IMG/VR virus record: IMGVR_UViG_2537562172_000001
Span: 1-36,796 of that record
Reading direction: 5' to 3' (one strand)
Length of the DNA stretch: 36,796 nt
Source of the DNA: a virus
Taxonomy: Duplodnaviria > Heunggongvirae > Uroviricota > Caudoviricetes
Below, one piece after another: positions 27,964 through 35,800 of the stretch. Within the stretch, counting starts at the first letter, position 1. Each line of letters starts with the position of its first letter. The notes under the pieces are model-generated. The model ran no database searches and was not told where the DNA came from. It saw nothing but the letters and a program-made list of their open reading frames with translations. The translations under genes were made by a program, and so were the position numbers.

Positions 27964-28077
27964 CGTTTACAGGATTCTGAAATCCCGCTCTTGCCTGTTT
28001 TGTGCGCGCTTCATATATCGCGGCACGTTTTTTGCTCATTTACGGGATTTGTGAATCCCGTTTCTGTCTGTTTTTTG
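27964..28077. repeat. parC-like centromere/operator candidate: two ~40-bp direct repeats, each containing an inverted repeat
   Basis: Copy 1 cgtttacaggattctgaaatcccgctcttgcctgttttgtg and copy 2 catttacgggatttgtgaatcccgtttctgtctgttttttg lie upstream of parM. Copy 2 sits within the last codons of gene A. Confidence 0.45.
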
Positions 28078-30833
28078 TTTCCACTGGTCAGGCTACCCCG
28101 CAGCAGGTCTGCTTTGCGGCGGGCGCGTTCAGTTGTTTCACTGATTCTCTGTGCGTGCTCTGCGTCGCGGATGGCGCGTAGCATGTCAGAAAGTACGGTA
28201 ACGGGTGTTTTCATGGTGTTCTGGTCTTGCTGAAGTGTGGATGCCAGGCGTGCGGCGGCTTCAGGGGCTGATGCCCCTAGTTGTTCCAGATAGCTGGCGA
28301 CCGGGTTATGGCGGATCTCCGTGCTGCTTACGCCGTGATTACGACTCAGGCGTTGCCAGAGCTGCGTGATTCGGCTGTCCGGGCGGGTATCCGGTTTGCG
28401 TACAATTTCAAATCCCTGCGGTGCAATGATGCTGCCGTCAACGTACAGGCTGCCGCCCCGTAACAGGTGCTGCATCTGCTGTTCACCGATATGCAGGCCG
28501 AGAGATTCAGCAGACTCCCGCCATTCTTTAGCGAGTAACTCGTGGTTATCAGGCAAAGGCCGTGGCTGTTTGCGGCTCTGTGTCCAGTTCTGCATTTCAT
28601 CACTGCTGTTTTTTGCCTGTTTGTCACGAAGCGAACGCATCAGCGCCCGGCGTTCGTGCCGTTTCAGTGAGCGCATCCATTCGTTCACTTCAACGCCGTC
28701 AGGGAGCTGCGGCCACGGTGCTGGCCGTTCTTTCGGCTGTTCTGTCCCGTTGTTGTCCGTTTCCTGTACACGGGGACAGTTATTGCCACGAGTCCAAGGG
28801 GCGGCAGGGCCGCCCTGAAGGTCAAAACCATTTTCACGGGCGCTGTCTTCCGCTTCCGGTTTACGTCTTACCAGCTTCCAGTTATCCGGGTGCGTGCACA
28901 CGCGGGAAGACTCCCCAATGAGCGGCGACCAGATCCCGTAAATCTGTACGCTCTGTTCGCCGTAATCGTTCAGCTCATCTGCGAGGTCGTAGGCGGTGCG
29001 AATCAGGTAGTCTTTGCGTGGAACAAGTACGCCGCCCTGTTTCTCAATGTAGGTGGCAAAACATCCGGCATCAGCGGCAGCAAGAACCGCGTCCATTGCG
29101 TCATCCTTCAGCCGTTGCGGGCCTTCCGGGTTGCGTGCCATCTGGCTGGCAAGGCGGCGGAGTTCACGCCACACCTGACGGGAGGGGATACCAAAGAACT
29201 GGAACTGGCGGACACGGTGAAGGCGCGCCCAGCCGATGGCGCGTTCCACGCTCTCGGCCATTGATTTTCCGGTTTCGTGGTCAACGCGTGGCTTGCCCGT
29301 TTTCGGGTCGATGCCATCCACGGCGCGGCTGTCCAGGTTTTTTCCGATGTAGGTGGCGATGTAGCTGGTTGGCGTGCCTTTTGAGCCGTCGACGTACTCC
29401 GCCTTAAAACGCGGAGTAATATCATCGCCCAGCTCGTGACGATCTTCCTGAATGGCAATATCGCGGGTGTGGGACACAATGGTGTCGATTTCTTCCGGAT
29501 GTGCAAAGACCATCATATGCCAGTGCACGGTGCCGTCATGGTGAGGCTCCACCGTGCGGATGCCATACCAGCGCAGGCCGTCGCGGTTCAGTTTTTTGCG
29601 GACCGCCGCAAAAAACGTGTTAACCAGGTAATCGCTGGAGTCGCGCATGGTGGCCCCGTTCCATTTGGGATTCGGATGACCGTTCTCTGTTGTGGCGTGG
29701 TATTTTGACGGGCAGGTGACAGTCAGAAACACCGCTTTGTCGCCACGGGCTTCGGCCAGAAGTTCCAGCCCTTTCATGGTAGCCATCATTTCTGCCTTAC
29801 GGTGAACCGGGTTACTTACTCCCGCGTAATACACCGTCTCGAGATCAATCGTGAACCCGTCTTCGTTTTCCAGCATGAAACTTTTCAGGAAATCGCGTGT
29901 TTTCTCGCGCTGTGCGCGAAACTCGCTTAACGCGTCCTGGCTCAGATAGGGCGATGTTTTTCTGGAAACCAGACAGGCGGCGCGGAGTTGTTCTTCTCTC
30001 CACTCGCAACGTAACAGCCACAGTTTGCGTTTCCACCATTCTGCACAGGTCAGGCGAAGGATTGCGCCCGGCAGCAGCTCCGTGTCCGGTTCGTTCCTCC
30101 GGTCTTTGTCTGTTGTCAGTGCGTCATAATGTGGAGGCATGGCGTGCAGGTGTAACGCCATGCGGGCCAGCATCTGATACGCCTTCAGGGTTACATCCAT
30201 GGTCAGCTCGCCATCGGTCGAGCCAAAGCCATCGCAGAGTTTTTCGAAGGTGCTGCTGAACATCGCCGCCGTCATGGTGGCCAGCGTCTGTATCTGGTGT
30301 TTGTTGAGCTGCGGCAGGTAAAGCAAATCGTCCAGGCGTTCGCGTCCGGCAAGGGAGCGATAACCCGGTGTCAGCCAGCGGTGATCGGTGCGCTCCAGAC
30401 GTTCGAATATTTTGCGCAGGGTCCCACGCGCATAGCGTTCTGCCTGCCTGGCGTTTTTTCCTTTCTGACGATCGGCTTCCTGTTTTTTGCGCAGGAAGGA
30501 GAGGTGGCGAATAAGCGGATCTCGCAGATAGGACGGCAGCAGGCGCAGCGAGGCCATGGCTTCATCCACCGCGCCGCGTGCCTGTTTTCTGGCGTCTCCT
30601 GCCAGTGTGATGGTTTTGTCCTGTTTTTCCTGTGCGTCCAGGCTTTTATTAATCAGGTTGCCCAGCGGCGTGGCGGAGAACGCCGCATCAGCCATTTCCT
30701 GGCGGCGCTCGTTCTCTACCCGGTAGGCATCCAGCCAGGAGGAAAGCGCGGATTCAGGAGCGGGGATCCCCGTTCCTTCACGCCCCACTGCGTGGCGCGG
30801 TTGTTGCCAGTCCCTGATGTACTCCGTTGACAT
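28011..30833 (-). CDS. A: Replication gene A protein (rolling-circle replication initiator endonuclease)
   Basis: Contains VFLTVTCPSKYH, RTVEPHHDGTVHWHMMVF and YIATYIGKNLD, paralleling P2 gpA motifs (ITLTAPSKYH, VVEPHHDGTPHWHMMLF, YIAKYISKNIDG). 940 aa from the first Met; start uncertain. Confidence 0.9.
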   Translation of the reverse strand: MSTEYIRDWQQPRHAVGREGTGIPAPESALSSWLDAYRVENERRQEMADAAFSATPLGNLINKSLDAQEKQDKTITLAGDARKQARGAVDEAMASLRLLPSYLRDPLIRHLSFLRKKQEADRQKGKNARQAERYARGTLRKIFERLERTDHRWLTPGYRSLAGRERLDDLLYLPQLNKHQIQTLATMTAAMFSSTFEKLCDGFGSTDGELTMDVTLKAYQMLARMALHLHAMPPHYDALTTDKDRRNEPDTELLPGAILRLTCAEWWKRKLWLLRCEWREEQLRAACLVSRKTSPYLSQDALSEFRAQREKTRDFLKSFMLENEDGFTIDLETVYYAGVSNPVHRKAEMMATMKGLELLAEARGDKAVFLTVTCPSKYHATTENGHPNPKWNGATMRDSSDYLVNTFFAAVRKKLNRDGLRWYGIRTVEPHHDGTVHWHMMVFAHPEEIDTIVSHTRDIAIQEDRHELGDDITPRFKAEYVDGSKGTPTSYIATYIGKNLDSRAVDGIDPKTGKPRVDHETGKSMAESVERAIGWARLHRVRQFQFFGIPSRQVWRELRRLASQMARNPEGPQRLKDDAMDAVLAAADAGCFATYIEKQGGVLVPRKDYLIRTAYDLADELNDYGEQSVQIYGIWSPLIGESSRVCTHPDNWKLVRRKPEAEDSARENGFDLQGGPAAPWTRGNNCPRVQETDNNGTEQPKERPAPWPQLPDGVEVNEWMRSLKRHERRALMRSLRDKQAKNSSDEMQNWTQSRKQPRPLPDNHELLAKEWRESAESLGLHIGEQQMQHLLRGGSLYVDGSIIAPQGFEIVRKPDTRPDSRITQLWQRLSRNHGVSSTEIRHNPVASYLEQLGASAPEAAARLASTLQQDQNTMKTPVTVLSDMLRAIRDAEHAQRISETTERARRKADLLRGSLTSGNKKQTETGFTNPVNEQKTCRDI

Positions 30834-30839
30834 GCTGAC

Positions 30840-31205
30840 TTACTCCGCTTTGCCGCTCAGTGCGGCGTGGCAGACGGCAGCCAGCCGCTGAATTTCCAGC
30901 ACGGTGTCTTCTGTGTCGGCATGGCGATGTGTGATGCGGATGCTGTCGGCAATCACATCGACGATTGCAGAAGATGGGCGCTGGTAAATGCCAATAACGG
31001 ACGGGGTGCCACCTTCAATGCGGTAAAGCCTGTAATTTCCCTCGTGGCTGTCAATCATGTAGCGGCCATCAATAACAATCTTTCCGTCAGCGAGCTGCGG
31101 TACAGGCAGGGATTTCAGGTACATGTCATAACGATCACGCACGCGAGCGGCAAGATCACGCTCTGTGTTGAGCAGGTATTCAAGAAAGTCGTTGGCGAGA
31201 ATCAT
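30840..31205 (-). CDS. Hypothetical early-operon protein (121 aa) upstream of A
   Basis: Compact ORF ending 6 nt before the A start, in the position of P2 orf82/orf83. Confidence 0.55.
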   Translation of the reverse strand: MILANDFLEYLLNTERDLAARVRDRYDMYLKSLPVPQLADGKIVIDGRYMIDSHEGNYRLYRIEGGTPSVIGIYQRPSSAIVDVIADSIRITHRHADTEDTVLEIQRLAAVCHAALSGKAE

Positions 31206-31277
31206 TGCGGCAATCCTCTTGTTACAGATGTGCGAAGGCCTCCCGCCGCAAGGTGCAGGAAAGGCCCGGAACAGGAA

Positions 31278-31505
31278 TTAATGGAGTTTGTTTTGCTGCT
31301 GGATGAGATCCTGAAGAGACAGGAGGTCTTCCGCCAGATAGCTGAATACAGCGGCGCAGTAGTCGGCTGAAATAGTGCTGTTGAGTCTGTGCAATGTGTT
31401 GGATTGCATGATAAAGGCGATGTGTGCAGCGCGGGTGAGTCTGCGATCGATTTCAGTCTGGATGTGACGACGTGCAGCGTATGCGCGCTGTTTGCGGTTT
31501 GCCAT
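31278..31505 (-). CDS. Hypothetical early-operon protein (75 aa)
   Basis: ORF MANRKQRAYAARRHIQTEIDRRL... in the early-operon orientation. No family recognised. Confidence 0.5.
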   Translation of the reverse strand: MANRKQRAYAARRHIQTEIDRRLTRAAHIAFIMQSNTLHRLNSTISADYCAAVFSYLAEDLLSLQDLIQQQNKLH

Positions 31506-31684
31506 GGTGTGGCCTCTCTGTTAGTTAGTTTTGAAAACTCACCATCCAGAGGTTCCAAGCTCGGGGTGGTGAGACGTACAGGGTTGGAACTACCGGCTAA
31601 CAGAGGACCCGGCCCAGCTGATGCTGGCCCTGTACGCCCCACCATAATTCTGACGCGAAAAAGACGTGGCGATACGGTACGCAC

Positions 31685-31704
31685 AAAAAAACCGCTGGCG
31701 CGGT
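31685..31704 (-). terminator. Intrinsic terminator (minus strand) downstream of the SPFH module, inside the early operon
   Basis: On the minus strand: AACCGC-gcca-GCGGTT followed by a run of about 6-8 T. Confidence 0.5.
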
Positions 31705-31872
31705 TGTGCGCTCTGTTAGTCTGCGGGGTTCCAATCCCGGCACCCGTTTTATGAGGTGCAGCGGGAATGTAACCTGACTGATTGCGGCATGGCAAGCGGT
31801 TTTTTTGTGAGAACGGCATACTAAAAAATCCTGATACTGCTCCGGCCAGCGGTTTTCACTGGCCGGATTTAA

Positions 31873-32703
31873 TTACTTCACGGGAACGAACGGAACAGCG
31901 GTGTTACTGGTCATGTATTGCGGCAGCGTGCCGTTCCATTTGTTGATCGCTTCCAGCTCCATAACGCCGGGATTCTGGCGCAGAGCTTCACCGCGTAAAC
32001 GAATGGCGTCGGCTTCAGCCTGGGCTTTTGTGCGAATGGCATCAGCCTGTCCGGCAGCTTCTGCGCGCAACATGTTGGCTTCTGCTTCGCGTTGCTTGAC
32101 TTCCTGTTCGCGTTGCAGGGTTTTCTGGTTTGCCGTGACTTTGGCGTTAATGCTGTCGATAACGGTTGGCGGATATTCCGGTTTACCGACATAAGAGAGG
32201 CTCATGACCTGAATGCCGATGGGGGTCATCTCTTCCTGAATATCTTTAAGTGCTGAATCCAGCAGTTCAGACTTACCACCGTCGATAAACTTATCGGTGG
32301 TCATTTTGCTGGCCAGTCGGTTGAGTGCATCGGCAATCTTCTGGCGCAGGTCAGTGTCGGTAATGTCATCCACGCCTTTGCGGTAGGTCTGAAACACTGT
32401 GGTAACTTTGGATGGATCAACCTTGTAAGCCACGCCGATGTGATAGCCGATGGTTGTGCCGTCACTCATCTGAAAGCTGAACGGCTCATCGTAGGTCTTC
32501 ATTTGTTTGAAGGTCGGGAAGATGTAAACCTCGGTATTCCAGCCAGTCCAGTAGCGGCCAACGCCAACCACTTCGCCAACGCCTTTGTCGTCGCCCAGCT
32601 TGTTGACTTTGATGCCCACATTACCTGGCTCAACGCGATCGCAACCAACCAGCAGGATGGCGGCAAAAAGCGGGATAATCTGAAAGAGTCTGAATTTCTT
32701 CAT
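31873..32703 (-). CDS. SPFH/band-7 (stomatin/prohibitin/flotillin-like) domain lipoprotein
   Basis: 276 aa. N-terminus MKKFRLFQIIPLFAAILLVGC has a lipobox (LVGC). Followed by a band-7-like core and a C-terminal Ala/Glu/Arg/Gln-rich coiled-coil segment (REQEVKQREAEANMLRAEAAGQADAIRTKAQAEADAIRLRGEA). Confidence 0.8.
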   Translation of the reverse strand: MKKFRLFQIIPLFAAILLVGCDRVEPGNVGIKVNKLGDDKGVGEVVGVGRYWTGWNTEVYIFPTFKQMKTYDEPFSFQMSDGTTIGYHIGVAYKVDPSKVTTVFQTYRKGVDDITDTDLRQKIADALNRLASKMTTDKFIDGGKSELLDSALKDIQEEMTPIGIQVMSLSYVGKPEYPPTVIDSINAKVTANQKTLQREQEVKQREAEANMLRAEAAGQADAIRTKAQAEADAIRLRGEALRQNPGVMELEAINKWNGTLPQYMTSNTAVPFVPVK

Positions 32704-32903
32704 TGTTTGATTTCCTTGATGTACTTACTGAAAAGGCGAACAACGCCTGCCGGGTACAGCATGGCAATGAAAATGCCCAGCAATACCAGGAAGGAGCTGT
32801 CTGATGAAATCATTCGGGGGAGTAGTCCTGCATACAGAATGATAGAAATGAGGACGCATACCAGCGCCCACATGTATGCGCGAAACCAAGTCTTTTTGTT
32901 CAT
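32700..32903 (-). CDS. Small membrane protein with two predicted TM helices (67 aa), translationally coupled to the SPFH gene
   Basis: MNKKTWFRAYMWALVCVLISIILYAGLLP...FLVLLGIFIAMLYPAGVV; its stop overlaps the SPFH start (ATGA-type overlap). Confidence 0.6.
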   Translation of the reverse strand: MNKKTWFRAYMWALVCVLISIILYAGLLPRMISSDSSFLVLLGIFIAMLYPAGVVRLFSKYIKEIKQ

Positions 32904-33076
32904 GTTGATTGCTCTCTTTTGTTATTCAGGAAAAAGTCAAAAACGTTATCGATGCGCATCATGAGTTCGCGCTGCATCGCTTCGGGTGTTTCCGGTTCGC
33001 CAGGCGACCCCAGCGTTGCGCAGAAATCAGCGATCTCGTGTTGAATGAGTTCTTTCAGCGTCGGTAAGGAATTCAT
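32900..33076 (-). CDS. Hypothetical small acidic protein (about 58 aa)
   Basis: ORF 32900..33118; likely start is the internal Met (MNSLPTLKELIQHEIADF...). Confidence 0.45.
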   Translation of the reverse strand: MNSLPTLKELIQHEIADFCATLGSPGEPETPEAMQRELMMRIDNVFDFFLNNKREQST

Positions 33077-33114
33077 GTGTGTGCGGCGATGCCTGCGTGT
33101 GATTCGCCTTCTGC

Positions 33115-33318
33115 TCATTTACGCTGCTCCTGTACCTGTCGGATAAGATTTACTCGCGCCACGTTGGTGGCGCAGAAGTAAGTGCCGTCAGTGAGGTAGA
33201 TGTGGTGTGCATCCTTTTCCGAACGATGTTTGTCGATAGTGGTAATCAGGCGTTCGTCGACTTCGTATTCACGTCCTCTGGAGGTAAAGCGAACGACGGG
33301 AAAATGCTTAATTGCCAT
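33115..33318 (-). CDS. Hypothetical protein (67 aa)
   Basis: Compact ORF in early-operon orientation, overlapping its neighbours by a few nt. Confidence 0.5.
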   Translation of the reverse strand: MAIKHFPVVRFTSRGREYEVDERLITTIDKHRSEKDAHHIYLTDGTYFCATNVARVNLIRQVQEQRK

Positions 33319-33347
33319 TGCCCCCCCTCTTTTTTTGTCCAGTAACC

Positions 33348-33758
33348 CTATGCGTTAAATACGGTGTGTTGGGCGTCATCAATGAATGCGACTTGAGAGC
33401 GCTCTATCAGGTGGAGATTTGTCAGAAGCGCTGATTCCCTTATGGGGTAAGGAGTGATCAGGTATTTGTCCTGTAATCCGGCGATAATGGTGTATCGCTG
33501 TGGCTCCGAGCCAATTGTGTAAATAAGGCGCCCGGTGTTAGATAAATCCAGTCCGGTGACTGGTTGAGTTTTGAAAAGCGTAAGTTCCGCACCCTGTTCT
33601 TCGATGATTTTGGCGGCTTCTGCCGTGACTTTTGCAACTATCATTGTGTGGGTAGCGACGTCTATATGATTATTTGCTACGGCTTTTTTCGCCACTTCGC
33701 TTTTCATCTTTGAAATTTCTTTCAGTGCTCTGATAATACCTTCTTCTTTTGCGTTCAT
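33348..33758 (-). CDS. Hypothetical early protein (136 aa)
   Basis: ORF with GGAG-type SD upstream. Could correspond to a P2 B-region gene; not recognised. Confidence 0.55.
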   Translation of the reverse strand: MNAKEEGIIRALKEISKMKSEVAKKAVANNHIDVATHTMIVAKVTAEAAKIIEEQGAELTLFKTQPVTGLDLSNTGRLIYTIGSEPQRYTIIAGLQDKYLITPYPIRESALLTNLHLIERSQVAFIDDAQHTVFNA

Positions 33759-33850
33759 TTTATATCTCCGTTATTTACGTGTGCGAATACCTCCGCGCAT
33801 GCGGATTGTTTTCACGTTTTCTTATTTAACCTGATGTTTTATTTGTATGG

Positions 33851-33964
33851 TTATTCACCAGTGAAAAAACGTTCGATCTTTTTTACTGAATGAATAATTC
33901 GCATAATCCCAATGGCGCAGGCCACCGAAATAATCATAACAAGCCATGAGATAAATATACTCAT
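33851..33964 (-). CDS. Candidate 37-aa hydrophobic peptide
   Basis: ATG overlaps the stop of the upstream 80-aa ORF (ATGA). Translation MSIFISWLVMIISVACAIGIMRIIHSVKKIERFFTGE has a single TM helix and a basic tail. Not in ORF track. Confidence 0.3.
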   Translation of the reverse strand: MSIFISWLVMIISVACAIGIMRIIHSVKKIERFFTGE

Positions 33965-34203
33965 GCGATATTCCCCAGCTTATACGGTTCAATATGTTCC
34001 CCGCATTCTGCGGCGCAGATAAGCTCAGAAAGTTCGTTAAGTGCATCCAGATCATCAGCGTAAAAAGCCACGTCATACAGACTCCGGATTGCCCTGGTCA
34101 ATGAGTCACGGGCTGCACGTTCAGCATGAGTGCCTGATGCGCTTAAGCGAAAATAAAAACGCTCAAGTGCTTTGTTAATGAGGGTTTTATATTCTTTGCC
34201 CAT
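33961..34203 (-). CDS. Hypothetical protein (80 aa)
   Basis: Compact helical-looking ORF in the early operon. Confidence 0.5.
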   Translation of the reverse strand: MGKEYKTLINKALERFYFRLSASGTHAERAARDSLTRAIRSLYDVAFYADDLDALNELSELICAAECGEHIEPYKLGNIA

Positions 34204-34214
34204 CGCAACACCCT

Positions 34215-34502
34215 TTAATCTGCTTTCTGGATTTCAGCTTCTGAATCCATGCAAATAATTTCGATATAGGGTTCATCGCCATTAACCTGACGTGCCTTTT
34301 CAGCTTCACTGGTGATTTCTCGTACGGTCTGGTACGGAAGTTCCACAAGCAGTCGCGTACCGTTCAGATAAACGTAAGTGGCTTCGTCGGCTCCGTTTTT
34401 ACCTGCCGGAGCCACTCCATCAATAGCGGATGCGCGTAACAACAACTCACCGCGAAAATCAATAAAACGGATAAATACACCTTGTGCATGCTCTTTGGTC
34501 AT
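34215..34502 (-). CDS. Hypothetical protein (about 95 aa)
   Basis: ORF 34215..34562; likely start is the internal ATG at 34502 (MTKEHAQGVF...), preceded by AGGTG. Confidence 0.5.
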   Translation of the reverse strand: MTKEHAQGVFIRFIDFRGELLLRASAIDGVAPAGKNGADEATYVYLNGTRLLVELPYQTVREITSEAEKARQVNGDEPYIEIICMDSEAEIQKAD

Positions 34503-34512
34503 AAAGCACCTG

Positions 34513-34863
34513 TTATAAATCAGCCTGTTTAATAAAACTTTGCCCGCGAAGCAGACGATCAACCGTGCGAAGTGCTTCGTATAATGTGAAATCCTGCCCG
34601 AAGTGATTGTCGCCGCAGCTCAATGCAAAAATGCGGTTTCCGGTAAACGGATTGCGTGGGCATTTGTGGACCACAATTCCAGCTTTCTCAATCAGCCAGG
34701 CGTGTTCGCCGATTTGTTTTACTGGGTAGCCATCCGGCGTTGCGTGTGTTTCGCTCAGGCTGTAGCGAGAGCTGCTACGTGATGCGCTGGTAGCGAAACG
34801 GTTGGCATGGCGTTCCGCCCCGTTGCGGAAGCGCTGTTGTAAAGAATTGCGCTGTTCCTTCAT
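34513..34863 (-). CDS. Hypothetical protein (116 aa), first gene after cox
   Basis: ORF in early-operon orientation; contains HKCP....SCGDNH, a possible Cys/His metal-binding pattern. Not recognised. Confidence 0.5.
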   Translation of the reverse strand: MKEQRNSLQQRFRNGAERHANRFATSASRSSSRYSLSETHATPDGYPVKQIGEHAWLIEKAGIVVHKCPRNPFTGNRIFALSCGDNHFGQDFTLYEALRTVDRLLRGQSFIKQADL

Positions 34864-34900
34864 ATCAAAATACTCCGCCTAAAATGAATTATGGTTTGAG

Positions 34901-35326
34901 TTATGCTGCTTTACCGCTGATGTTTCTGTTTCGTCTGCCACTTGTTGGCTTAAACAAAAACAGACGGTTTTCCCAGTCGTGCCATTCCTGAGGTGCGTTT
35001 TCGGTGAGGCGATCGCATGCTTCATCCCACGCTTTTCTGTTGATGTAGAGTTCAGCGTTTCCGCCTGGTTTGAGAGGGTCCGCCATATACACCGCAGGTA
35101 GCTTTCCTGCTTTGGCCATGCTTACGATGGCGTCAACGGTCTTTCCGATATACATCGCAAATCCTTCTTTTGACAGGAGATGCGAGGGATTTTCTGAAAG
35201 TCGAATTTCTTCACGTTCACGTGCTTTGCGTCCTGTTTTTTGATGCTCACCTTCTGGCATTTCTGACAGGTGATCGCATCGTGTTCCGCAAAGTGACTCA
35301 GGCGCGTTTTGAGTGCTTTCTTGCAT
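34901..35326 (-). CDS. cox: Cox-like excisionase / early repressor (with N-terminal extension)
   Basis: C-terminal 85 aa YIGKTVDAIVSMAKAGKLPAVYMADPLKPGGNAELYINRKAWD parallels P2 Cox (LIGKSTGAVRRMIDKGKLPVIDMTDP...). GGAGGA SD before the ATG at 35326. Divergent from C. Confidence 0.7.
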   Translation of the reverse strand: MQESTQNAPESLCGTRCDHLSEMPEGEHQKTGRKAREREEIRLSENPSHLLSKEGFAMYIGKTVDAIVSMAKAGKLPAVYMADPLKPGGNAELYINRKAWDEACDRLTENAPQEWHDWENRLFLFKPTSGRRNRNISGKAA

Positions 35327-35434
35327 CTGATATCCTCCGCTATTGGTGCTCTCTTCTAACTAGCACCATTTAGAACTAGTTAGCGCAATTCGTTGTGTGT
35401 TAATTGATGTATAAACTAAGTGAGTTAACTTACT
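35327..35434. promoter_or_regulatory. Immunity switch region (divergent Pe/Pc promoters and candidate C operators)
   Basis: 108-bp intergenic region between divergent cox and C. Direct repeats TAACTAG (about 35357) and GAACTAG (about 35373), plus palindrome AACTAGTT. Confidence 0.45.
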
Positions 35435-35734
35435 ATGTCAACTACCGTAGCTATGAAAATTCGCATCATGCGGAAGTCAGAAATGCTTACACAAGAAAAA
35501 ATGGCAGAGATTACTGGGCTTACTCTTGCTGCATTAAGGCAATATGAGCAAGGACGAAATGAACCCAACCTTGAGTCAACAAAAAAGCTTCTGAAAGCCC
35601 CCATGTTCCGTAAGTACCGCGACTGGTTTTTGTTTGATGAAGTTGAACCCAAGGCCGGGCAGGTTGTACCGGCTCTCGCACACATTGGGCAAGGCGAAGT
35701 GGAATCATCCCGCTCCGGCAAGAAAACTGGTTAA
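35435..35734 (+). CDS. C: Immunity repressor C
   Basis: 99 aa, the same length as P2 C. HTH region QEKMAEITGLTLAALRQYEQG and motif PALAHIGQGE resemble P2 C. Confidence 0.85.
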   Translation: MSTTVAMKIRIMRKSEMLTQEKMAEITGLTLAALRQYEQGRNEPNLESTKKLLKAPMFRKYRDWFLFDEVEPKAGQVVPALAHIGQGEVESSRSGKKTG

Positions 35735-35800
35735 CGGTTCACCAGGCATTTATTTCCCAGAGCTGTGATCAAGATGATGTTTTCATTGGAGGGCTTCCTT

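Noticed and set aside
31718-31745. tRNA-like T-arm sequence (GGGGTTCCAATCCCGG) suggesting a tRNA gene
   Set aside because: No complementary acceptor 5' strand, D-arm or anticodon arm could be found upstream. At most a tRNA 3' fragment or att-like relic, not a tRNA gene.
31202-31819. 205-aa minus-strand ORF spanning the non-coding gap
   Set aside because: Low-complexity Pro/Ser/Thr/Arg-rich translation that overlaps two better-supported genes out of frame and runs through terminator hairpins. Judged spurious.
33855-34076. 73-aa minus-strand ORF
   Set aside because: Overlaps more than 100 nt of the better-looking 80-aa gene in another frame and has an implausible hydrophobic/aromatic composition. 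The 37-aa coupled peptide is a more economical reading of the same DNA.
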